In this document: in pieces, positions 1 through 11,080 of the stretch
How positions within the stretch are numbered: the stretch's first letter is position 1
How the letters are laid out: the number at the start of each line of letters is the position of its first letter
Assembly: GCF_006345805.1 (NCBI RefSeq)
Contig: NC_043014.1
Coordinates: forward strand, 18,662,001-18,726,000
Source: Octopus sinensis
Lineage: Eukaryota
Reading direction: 5' to 3'
DNA length: 64,000 nucleotides
Program-made: the position numbers and the translations under genes
Notes under the pieces: generated by a model
Seen by the model: only the letters and a program-made list of their open reading frames with translations
The model's database searches: none
What the model was told of the DNA's origin: nothing

Positions 1-835
1 TGTAAAACTTACTATTCACAAATAACAAAAACTACAATGCAAAACAGTCTGAGTGCAGGAGTTAATGCCATAATTCATTCAGAAAACATTTACGTATGCT
101 GATAAGACAAGATACGAAGTAGAGGTGAACAAAAAGAACTCACAACAACCTACTGCATACGAAATAATAAAATTCTACGAAAATATCAACGTAGGAAAAC
201 AATCTCTGGCAAAAGGATAAATACCATAACAAAACATAGCTCATCGACAAAATAATCAAAGCTACGAAATACTTCAAAACTTAAACCGAACGCTATGCTA
301 TAAACAAGCATAGCAAAGGATCGATACGAGATATATACCTGTAATATTATAACAATAACAAATCAATATTATGAAGATCTATAAAATCCTACCTGAATAT
401 AAAATAAGAAATTACTTTTGTCCAGCCAGTTTACTTTAAAGTTAGTTTTAATCGCTGCCTTCGCAAATTTATAATTCGTATAAGACTAGGTGACATTACA
501 TATAATCAAGGTGCTTATTTACAGCAGTTTGGCTGACATTTAGTTGTGATTTTGATGATTTTGATTTTGATTTTTCCAGTTTCAGCTAATGAGCTGTGGC
601 CATTATTGTTACATTACAGTTGCAGGATCGCACATTATATTCATATATAAAACATATTCCTATGAAAAATGGTGGGTGACGGCTAGGCTTGTAAACAGAT
701 ACTTAACAATAGCGTTGAAGAGCAAATCTTCAGGAGTACTTCAAATTATAAAGTACGAAAGAAAAGTAGCAAAAAAATCGGTAACAGATAAAGAACTAGA
801 AAAAATATAATGGCACAAAAATTTCAACGAGCCGA

Positions 836-985
836 TTTGTGGTAAGAAGGGTACTTCTCAACTACATGTTTCGGGTTTCAGTTCCACTGCGTGGCACCTA
901 GGGCAAACGTTTTCTATTATAACCTCGGGCAGACCAACGCCTTGCGAGTGGATTTGGTTGACGGAGTCTGAAAGAAGCCCGTCTG
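836..985 (+). mobile_element. tRNA-derived SINE family A, 5' half
   Basis: tgtggtaag...gggtttcagttccactgcgtggcacc...gaaagaagcccgtc matches many other copies in the window. Confidence 0.75.
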
Positions 986-1113
<128 letters not shown>

Positions 1114-1174
1114 TACACATATATACATATATATATATTTATATTTTTAGATATATACATATACACACACATAT

Positions 1175-1205
<31 letters not shown>

Positions 1206-1349
1206 TATATATCTTCTTCACTCGTTTACTACTATTCTTATTTTATTTTAACTCATGACCATTGTCCGGAAATCTTTCGTCGCACATCTATGACCACTTA
1301 ACGACACTTTTCATTTTCGTGTGTTCTTACTCCACTTACTCCATTCTGA

Positions 1350-2520
1350 GACTGACATGCAACAATGATTACTTAGATAAACATGACCTCAGTTGTTTCT
1401 GTCCCACTAGATCGATAAGAGGTAGACCCCCCCACCCACTAAATCTTCCATGGCTAAGAAAATAGAACGAGTGGACCAGAGCTATACGCACCTCAGAAAA
1501 TAATGATCAAGTTAAAAATATGGTCGCACATGCGGTGGGTGCGAGTACCAAGACCACACTCAAGGACCATATATTTAATTTCAATAATAAGATATACGCC
1601 CAAGGAGAAGGTGCAGCCGTAGGTGTCAGTATTGCTGACAATGTGGCTAACCTATTTATGGTATGGTGGGATAGGAGACTTAAAGAGAAATTAGCAGAGA
1701 ACTCCATAAACCTAACCGTGTACTCTCGCTATGTGGATGATATCAACATAGTATCTAGAGCAACCCTACAAGACAATGTTGATGATGTAGAAGCCTACAC
1801 TATGGAGAGCATCCATCAAATATCTATCTCCATCCATCAGAATATAGAAATAAAGATAGACTATCCTAGTAAGCACCCAAGCTATACATTATCCATTTTA
1901 GACACTGAACTCTAGCAAGAATCGAAGAACGGTAAGGTCCAGATCCTTCACTCTCATTATGCCAAAACCATGGCATAAAATACATTGTTCACAAGAGCAC
2001 AGCGATTGGACAACGCAAGTTCAACATTCTGATAGCTGACTTGGTGAGAGTGACAAGGAATTTGTTTCGTATGTGAGACACAATGGAATTGGAAAGACAC
2101 ATACAAAACTTCATCCATCGCATGCAGTTCCCCGGCTACAACATAATTAGAGTGTACAAAGGAGCCACGACTATGTACAACGCCATCATAGAGAGTGATG
2201 CTAAGGGGATCTGCACGCTATACAGGAGTAAATCCTAGAACAGAACGGAAAAGACCAGTAATAAGATAAATAAGCTCAACACTTTGTATGACAACATTAC
2301 ATGCCAGAGTGTCATGTTCGTTGATGTTAGGCCTGGTGGTGAACTAGCACACCTTTTCAGAAAAAAAAACTTTCAGTAAGGCTAATCTACGAATTAAAGC
2401 AGTAGAGAGGCCTGGTGCCCCTTTCAAATCCCTTGTCTGAAATACCTAGCCCTTTGATAAGTCTCCCTGTACTGAGTACCAACAAGCTTAGGCAGAACAT
2501 GGAGGCTCGATCAACAGCAT
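1350..2520 (+). mobile_element. Decayed Penelope-like element (PLE) reverse transcriptase fragment
   Basis: ORF 1520-1915 has the RT signature IYAQGEGAAVGVSIADNVANLFMVWWD...YSRYVDDINI and IDYPSKHP..LSILD. Flanking frames give CPTRSIRGRPP and IKAVERPGAPFKSL, as in PLE RTs of marine invertebrates. Many stops and frameshifts. Confidence 0.85.
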
Positions 2521-2995
2521 AGAGGTTAAAGTACTATCGACACAAAACTTAAAGCACACTTAGACAGATTACCCATAAGCGCACTCAGATTACCCATACA
2601 CGTACACACAAACACATACATGAAACTTCATTAACGGGAAACAACACAACTATCACGGCGATACCAACAATGGCAATAACAACAACAACAGTTAGCACGA
2701 TAGCATCACTGTGGGCGATCACATATACACAGAGGAATACAGGAACTGTACCATATGTTGCTTCGGGTCTTATGACAGCAGCAGCGTAATGGGGTGAGAG
2801 GATAGGGCTTAGGGGAAGGCCACTCTGCTTCTAAAACTGACACGCTGCTAAAACCTATGACACACACACAAGCATACACACACACATACACACATTTGTA
2901 CACACATATGTATACACAAACACAAGGAAATAACTGCATGCGCACTTAGAAGAACACGCATGAAGTGGAGCAAGAACAGGCATGAAAACGGAAAG

Positions 2996-3040
2996 TGTCG
3001 CTGAAGGGGTCACAGATGTGTGACGAAAGGTTTCCGGGCA
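2996..3040 (+). ncRNA. Decayed hammerhead-like motif downstream of the PLE RT
   Basis: gtcg CTGAAGG g gtcaca-gatg-tgtgac GAAA ggtttc. It has a 6-bp stem II, but A9 is G and stems I and III are poor. Confidence 0.3.
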
Positions 3041-3240
3041 ATAGACATAATTAAAATAACAAAATAAGAATAGTTATAAACGAGTGAAGAAAAATACCTA
3101 GTGCGTGTATTTATTTGACAAAAGAAAAAGGACCGTCCCGAAATACAACAGTTTCTGTTTTAACAAACGATTTCTCATGAGGAATCTTCAAAACACACGC
3201 ACTCACACACATATAAATATAAATATAAATATAAATATAA

Positions 3241-3271
<31 letters not shown>

Positions 3272-3552
3272 ATGAAGGGTGAAATTAATTAATTTGGAAT
3301 AATTATCAATTACACCAAGTAGTCTTCGGCATGTAAAAGCCTCATTCGAGGAAAATTTAAGTAATACTAAGCAATAAAGGGTTTAGCAACGAATTGCCTT
3401 ACCACATACCGAATTTAGAAATAGCAGTCAAAGAGTTATAGCTATTTCTTCTACTAAAAATGGAGATCTCAGTAAAAACAGCAATTGGAAGGCAGACACA
3501 AACAGGTAAGAGAGAATGAATTGACGGCAATCTATCATACAATTTTAAGTTA

Positions 3553-3652
3553 TCTACGGACGCACGTTTCGAAATCAAGTTTTTAGGAAAGCATAAGAAT
3601 TAAATATTAAATAATTCTACCTTACCAAAACTTCTTTTCTCTTCAGCGTAAA
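3553..3652 (-). ncRNA. Type I hammerhead ribozyme, copy 1
   Basis: Minus strand: tttacg CTGAAGA [69-nt stem II] GAAAC gtgc GTC cgtaga. Stem I has one G.U pair. Confidence 0.8.
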
Positions 3653-4578
3653 ATACTATAATCATAAATGATTATATATTGAATTTTGAGATACTAGAAG
3701 GCACCAACTCAACTCAGTATCAGAGCGAGCTAGAATCCGCAACTAGTATCCCCAAATTCAAAGTGTGAATGAAAAGATTGTGTCACCAGCCCCTTCCCAC
3801 CCGCGTGTAGCCAAAACAAGATGCTGTGGTCATCTACTGAGATAAAATATGGTTATCCGTAATAATGAAGGGTGCAATTAATTAATTTGGAATAATTATC
3901 AATTACACCAAGTAGTCTTCGGCATGTAAAAGCCTCATTCGAGGAAAATTTAAGTAATACTAAGCAATAAAGGGTTTAGCAACGAATTGCCTTACCACAT
4001 ACCGAATTTAGAAATAGCAGTCAAAGAGTTATAGCTATTTCTTCTACTAAAAAGGGAGATCTCAGTAAAAACAGCAATTGGAAGGCAGACACAAACAGGT
4101 AAGAGAGAATGAATTGACGGCAATCTATCATACAATTTTAAGTTATCTACGGACGCACGTTTCGAAATCAAGTTTTTAGGAAAGCATAAGAAATAGCTAT
4201 AACTCTTTGACTGCTATTTCTAAATTCGGTATGTGGTAAGGCAATTCTTTGCTAAACCCTTTATTGCTTAGTATTACTTAAATTTTCCTCGAATGAGGCT
4301 TTTACATGCCGAAGACTACTTGGTGTAATTGATAATTATTCCAAATTAATTAATTTCACCCTTCATTATTACGGATAACCATATTTTATCTCAGTAGATG
4401 ACCACAGCATCTTGTTTTGGCTACACGCGGGTGGGAAGAGGCTGGTGACACAATCTTTTCATTCACACTTTGAATTTGGGGATACTAGTTGCGGATTCTA
4501 GCTCGCTCTGATACTGAGTTGAGTTGGTGCCTTCTAATATCTCAAAATTCAATATATAATCATTTATGATTATAGTAT

Positions 4579-4678
4579 TCTACGCTGAAGAGAAAAGAAG
4601 TTTTGGTAAGGTAGAATTATTTAATATTTAATTCTTATGCTTTCCTAAAAACTTGATTTCGAAACGTGCGTCCGTAGA
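4579..4678 (+). ncRNA. Type I hammerhead ribozyme, copy 2
   Basis: Stem I tctacg(4579-84)/cgtaga(4673-78), CTGAAGA 4585-91, stem II 4592-4660, GAAA 4661-64, stem III ACGTGCGT, GTC cleavage site after 4672. Confidence 0.85.
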
Positions 4679-5170
4679 TAACTTAAAATTGTATGATAGA
4701 TTGCCGTCAATTCATTCTCTCTTACCTGTTTGTGTCTGCCTTCCAATTGCTGTTTTTACTGAGATCTCCCTTTTTAGTAGAAGAAATAGCTATAACTCTT
4801 TGACTGCTATTTCTAAATTCGGTATGTGGTAAGGCAATTCGTTGCTAAACCCTTTATTGCTTAGTATTACTTAAATTTTCCTCGAATGAGGCTTTTACAT
4901 GCCGAAGACTACTTGGTGTAATTGATAATTATTCCAATTAATTAATTGCACCCTTCATTATTACGGATAACCATATTTTATCTCAGTAGATGACCACAGC
5001 ATCTTGTTTTGGCTACACGCGGGTGGGAAGGGGCTGGTGACACAATCTTTTCATTCACACTTTGAATTTGGGGATACTAGTTGCGGATTCTAGCTCGCTC
5101 TGATACTGAGTTGAGTTGGTGCCTTCTAGTATCTCAAAATTCAATATATAATCATTTATGATTATAGTAT

Positions 5171-5270
5171 TCTACGCTGAAGAGAAAAGAAGTTTTGGTA
5201 AGGTAGAATTATTTAATATTTAATTCTTATGCTTTCCTAAAAACTTGATTTCGAAACGTGCGTCCGTAGA
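5171..5270 (+). ncRNA. Type I hammerhead ribozyme, copy 3
   Basis: Identical motif: CTGAAGA 5177-83, GAAA 5253-56, predicted cleavage after 5264. Confidence 0.85.
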
Positions 5271-5449
5271 TAACTTAAAATTGTATGATAGATTGCCGTC
5301 AATTCATTCTCTCTTACCTGTTTGTGTCTGCCTTCCAATTGCTGTTTTTACTGAGATCTCCCTTTTTAGTAGAAGAAATAGCTATAACTCTTTGACTGCT
5401 ATTTCTAAATTCGGTATGTGGTAAGGCAATTCGTTGCTAAACACTATAT

Positions 5450-5454
<5 letters not shown>

Positions 5455-5536
<82 letters not shown>

Positions 5537-5912
5537 ATATACATATATACGCGTGTGTGTGTGTGTGTGTCTATGAGTCTGTGTTTTCCCCCACCATTAC
5601 CTCTTGACAGCCCATGTTGGTGTGTTTATGTCTGCGTAACCTACCGATTCTGAAAAAGTAACCGACAGAATAAGTAATAAGCTATGAAAATCAAATGCTG
5701 GACACAGTAAAATGACTGAAACAAGTAAAAGACTAAAAGGATGAAAGAATATACGTATATGTGGTTGTGTGGTAAGTAGCTTGCTTACCAACCATATGGT
5801 TCCGGGTTCATTCCCACTGCGTGGCACTTTGGGCAAGTGTTTTCTACTATAGACTCCGGCCGACCAAAGCCTTGTGAGTGGATTTGGTAGACGGAAACCG
5901 AAAGAAGTCCGT

Positions 5913-5949
<37 letters not shown>

Positions 5950-6428
5950 TCCTCATATTATTTCCTCGTATACATGAAACAGCTGTCACTGGCATAGAAT
6001 TGAAAAGTGCAACTAATAATTCGATGTAGGAGGCGGAAATACTTATATGAATTCCTCGTCATTTTATCAGTTTTTATCACTTGAAGTCTTGTCATATTTT
6101 CATCTGCGCTCACGAGTACCGACATGACCAACTACTAGGTTGATGCAACTAGAAATGAATAATAGTAAACTCAGCAGGAAACAATTGGTCTCGAATTCAC
6201 AACATTCTCTTTTTAAAAGAAATTAATCATCCATCAATGCGATGACTATAATTCACTTTTGAATCCCCCACACAAATAATTAGCACACATATATTCAGGC
6301 ATTTATCTTTATGTGTATATAGAGATATGTAAATATGTGTATGTATATATATATATATATATATGAATCATTCCCAAACATATATGCATGAGTGTATATA
6401 TATGTATATATATATATATATATATATC

Positions 6429-6469
<41 letters not shown>

Positions 6470-7319
6470 ATATATACATATATACGCGTGTGTGTGTGTG
6501 TGTGTCTATGAGTCTGTGTTTTCCCCCACCATTACCTCTTGACAGCCCATGTTGGTGTGTTTATGTCTGCGTAACCTACCGATTCTGAAAAAGTAACCGA
6601 CAGAATAAGTAATAAGCTATGAAAATCAAATGCTGGACACAGTAAAATGACTGAAACAAGTAAAAGACTAAAAGGATGAAAGAATATACGTATATGTGGT
6701 TGTGTGGTAAGTAGCTTGCTTACCAACCATATGGTTCCGGGTTCATTCCCACTGCGTGGCACTTTGGGCAAGTGTTTTCTACTATAGACTCCGGCCGACC
6801 AAAGCCTTGTGAGTGGATTTGGTAGACGGAAACCGAAAGAAGTCCGTCTTATATATATATATATATATTATTTCCTCATATTATTTCCTCGTATACATGA
6901 AACAGCTGTCACTGGCATAGAATTGAAAAGTGCAACTAATAATTCGATGTAGGAGGCGGAAATACTTATATGAATTCCTCGTCATTTTATCAGTTTTTAT
7001 CACTTGAAGTCTTGTCATATTTTCATCTGCGCTCACGAGTACCGACATGACCAACTACTAGGTTGATGCAACTAGAAATGAATAATAGTAAACTCAGCAG
7101 GAAACAATTGTCTCGAATTCACAACATTCTCTTTTTAAAAGAAATTAATCATCCATCAATGCGATGACTATAATTCACTTTTGAATCCCCCACACAAATA
7201 ATTAGCACACATATATTCAGGCATTTATCTTTATGTGTATATAGAGATATGTAAATATGTGTATGTATATATATATATATATATTGAATCATTCCCAAAC
7301 ATATATGCATGAGTGTATA

Positions 7320-7330
<11 letters not shown>
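5455..7330. repeat. Near-identical ~0.93-kb tandem duplication
   Basis: Identical 79-aa ORFs at 5597-5836 and 6532-6771 (offset 935). The copies differ mainly in (TA)n lengths and a 1-bp indel. Confidence 0.9.
5575..5915 (+). mobile_element. SINE family A pieces (3' half then 5' half); duplicated at about 6510-6850
   Basis: Tail aatgactgaaacaagtaaaag, followed by head tgtggtaagtagcttgcttaccaacc...ggttccgggttc. Confidence 0.8.
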
Positions 7331-7372
<42 letters not shown>

Positions 7373-7511
7373 ATATATATATATATAAGCATTCATACAC
7401 ATGTATACACCTGTGTAAACATATATATATAAGTATTCATACACATATATACGTGCGTGAAAATATTTAATACACTCATATATATACATATATATATATA
7501 TATACATATAA

Positions 7512-7719
7512 TTTTAGTCTTTTACTTATGTTACTCATTTGACTGCGACCATGTAGGAGCACCAGCTTTTAGTTGAACAAAAATAACCTCAGGACTTATT
7601 CTTTGTAAGCCTAGTACTTAGACTATCGGTCCTTTGTGCCGAACCGCTAAGTTACGGGGCCCTAAATACACTGACATCGGTTGTCAAGCGATTTTGTGAG
7701 GGACAAACACAGACACACA

Positions 7720-7756
<37 letters not shown>

Positions 7757-7895
7757 CACGGACTTCCTTTAGTTTCTGTTTATCACAAGGCTTTCGTCGG
7801 CCCGAGGCTATAATAGAAAACACTTGCCCAAGGTGCCAAGCAGTGGGACTGAGTCCGAAACTCTGTGGTTCTTATCACACCGTCACACTTGCGCC
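7512..7895 (-). mobile_element. SINE family A
   Basis: Reverse complement of the head, internal microsatellite and tail (catttgactgcgaccatg). Confidence 0.8.
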
Positions 7896-8384
7896 TATGT
7901 ATATACATAATATATAATAGTTCGTCAGAGTTCATGAAATTATTTTGAAATGTTTAATTCGTGCATACATTGACCTCGCGGAAACGATTTATTTTCGTAT
8001 GGGGCAATAATTCTATTCCTCAATAAAAAGGAAAACACATTCGAAACAGTTGTAAGTGAACCACTATCCATATTTTATTCATCTTACACGGAATCTGCAA
8101 TTAGCTTTGACCTGGCATCTATTGAGTGCCGTATAATTGGTGCAGTGGTTGTACCTACGTATTGCTTTGAATCTCGTGGTATATACCGTAGGACATTTGT
8201 GACTGTACACGCAACCGGAATATAAACTTCTGTTTAAATCGGTATGTACTTATATGTTCCTCTAATTTCGTGTTGTACGCTATTTCACTGACCCGAACTT
8301 GGTGCTTTACTATTTAAGAAACTGATTCATTTGAATCCTGAACGTTTATACATACATACATACATACATACATACATACATACA

Positions 8385-8417
<33 letters not shown>

Positions 8418-8778
8418 CTTCGATTCAATAACATGATTTTGAGTTCAAAAAAAATATTCAACAACTCAACATAAGTGCATTCTTTTGCATGGTGGTAAAG
8501 ATTTACAAATACCAATTCATTCGTTTTTGTTGTATATCGTGTGGGTCATTAGGCCAGTAATAAATGCACGCACTGGCTCAGGTTATATTCTTCATTAATT
8601 GTCAGTTCGTTCATGATTTGAAATTGAACAGTTGCGAATGTTTATATTTGGCAAAAGGACTCTCCTGAGATATAACACAATCCATTTCAACATGAGCATT
8701 CACATAAGGAATCTTGCAAAAACATGAATGTTTCTACAAGTGCACGACCGCATGAAATGTAATATCTGTATATTTTAG

Positions 8779-8930
8779 CAAATATACACTCGAAGTATTT
8801 TTCCAGTGGAAGATCTGAACTTGGAGCACAAACTGTAGAGGATACTGAAGTCAACAATGCCGGTGAAATATTTATAATCAACCGAAATGTCTCTATTGAC
8901 TCGTTCCACCGACAGAGATCTGCAGTTTAA
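8779..8930 (+). CDS. Candidate terminal coding exon (C-terminal tail ending RSAV*)
   Basis: Acceptor tctgtatattttag|, then an open frame (A)NIHSKYFSSGRSELGAQTVEDTEVNNAGEIFIINRNVSIDSFHRQRSAV*. No homology recognised. Confidence 0.3.
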
Positions 8931-9745
8931 TTACAGGATATATAAAAATTTATAAAGCAACCGCGCGTAAGATTATTTACAATTTTCCTACATGTGGTTG
9001 CTTCAATACATGACATGCGTACATATACATACATACGTAAATACATACATACATACATACTACATACATACATACATACATACAGATAGACAGACAGACA
9101 TGCATATTGCTAGAATTCGCCAGCATCGCCATCCCATTATACGCCACACCACATCTCATGTCTTATCGACTTATCCGCATGAAACTAGTCAAATCACTTG
9201 TCAAATCCAATCAATCACGAGTCACTACTCCAAAAATACATTGTTTTAGCAAATATTTCTCGACTAAGGTGATCTACGTGACACCTCTAGCGCCTGACGC
9301 ATCGAAAAGCAAGATTCCGTCCCTGCTTTGAAAGACCCAGTTTCGATAAAATGATATGCCACCTCACACATCATATTCAGCAGTGATATGCGTATTTTTT
9401 GTAACATTATTATCGATCATCGATTATTGATAAGCATATGTGCTAAGTGTGTTTGTGTGTGCCAACTCCTTCCGCAGTTAATTTACCTTTCCTGAATATT
9501 TGATCAAACTCACAAGCAGCAGATGCAAGAGATTGCTAGAAACGCCATACATACAGACATACACACATACACAAACACACACAGGCACACACGCGCACAC
9601 ATGCACACACACACGTGTGTGTGTATATATATAGATATAGCTAGATAGATACATATCTATATGTGTATATATATATATGTGATATATATATATTATATTT
9701 ATGTATATATATATATAGGTAATGTTATAAATAATATATATATGT

Positions 9746-9785
<40 letters not shown>

Positions 9786-9823
9786 TATATATATACATAT
9801 ACATACACACGCACACACACACA

Positions 9824-9865
<42 letters not shown>

Positions 9866-10456
9866 TATAATAAAGGATAAAAATCATTAATGATTTACGC
9901 GGAAATAAAAACCTCATAGTTAAGTTTTACAAAATAATTTATAATTATATACACAATAAAAGGGATTGGCTATACGCCTCACCACGCACTGCAAAAATAG
10001 ACGCCAAGAGACACTATTACCACTATAAAATCTCCGAGAATAACACACTATGTTGTAGGCAAGCAAAAGAAAGTTAATGGATCAAACTTATGGTCAACCG
10101 TGTACAAGATCATGTTTCAAGCTTAAAGTGAAAATATCACTTACTGCTATCATCAGCAGCGGTATTCCATAGCATAATTTACGAGTATCTCAAACTATGG
10201 ATGCGAGCCGCGACGTCGCATAACCAATATCCATCCGCACTCGTAGAAATATACTGCAAAGTAGTATTCACATCTTTCTTTTATAGCCACGTGTAGTATC
10301 GAGAAATAGTCTGCAGTCAATACAGCTTCGATCATTGAGTAAATTTTTCAAGTATTAATTATAATAAAGCGTAAAAATCACTAATGATTTTTACGCTTTA
10401 TTATAATTAATACTTGAAAAATTTACTCCATGACCGAAACTGTATTAACTGCAGAC
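9866..10456. repeat. ~494-bp (TA)n-embedded element ending in a fold-back palindrome
   Basis: Direct repeat at 9866 and 10360. Inverted repeat 10309-10456 with a 44-bp perfect inner arm and a 4-nt loop. Confidence 0.8.
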
Positions 10457-10457
10457 G

Positions 10458-10492
<35 letters not shown>

Positions 10493-10494
10493 TA

Positions 10495-10564
<70 letters not shown>

Positions 10565-10789
10565 TATATATATATTATATATATATATATACATATACAC
10601 ATATAGGGGTAGAATTCACAAAAAAAGAACAAAAGACAAAGACAGATGGTGTAGACAACAAACAGATGTATTAGTATAATCCTAATATTAAAGTCGTTAA
10701 TATTTCGAGCCTACTCTCTTCCACAGAAAGGACCCCCTCCCCCCCAAAAAAAACAAGGAGAGAAAATGAAGAATATATGCAGGAGGATC

Positions 10790-11080
10790 GGCTAGAAAGT
10801 TCATCGGCTGACTATATGAGGTGTATTCTTCACCTCAGTCCCCTTGCTGTTCTGCGCGTTTTCCCATCGGTATTGCAGTGCTTTAATGCCATTGATGAAG
10901 CTTTACCTTGTTGGTCAAAAATGTTATTAACAGAAGATATGACGTCAACATTAGTGCGATATTGTTTCCCATACAGGTGCTTTTTCCCTGTTGGGAAACA
11001 GAAGATAGTTAGACGGGGTCAAATTAAGGAAATAGGGAAGATGGTCAACCAGATCAAAGTCACGGTCACATACAGTAGCC
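10790..11080 (-). mobile_element. Mariner/Tc1 transposase C-terminal relic
   Basis: Minus frames give DRDFDLVDHLPYFLNLTPSNYLLFPN...SFINGIKALQYRW, matching the mariner HPPYSPDLAPSDY...GIQALxxRW motif. Confidence 0.75.

Larger units (their letters stand above)
3271..5442. repeat. ~593-bp tandem repeat array with internal inversion (retrozyme or PLE pseudo-LTR-like)
   Basis: Unit starts at 3271 and 3864 (period 593). The strand switches at about 4190. Reverse units follow with period 592-593 to 5442. Both flanks are (TA)n. Confidence 0.95.

Noticed and set aside
7915-8070. GAAACAGTTGTA half-hammerhead; similar halves at 5977 and 42115
   Set aside because: No upstream CUGANGA core on the same strand.
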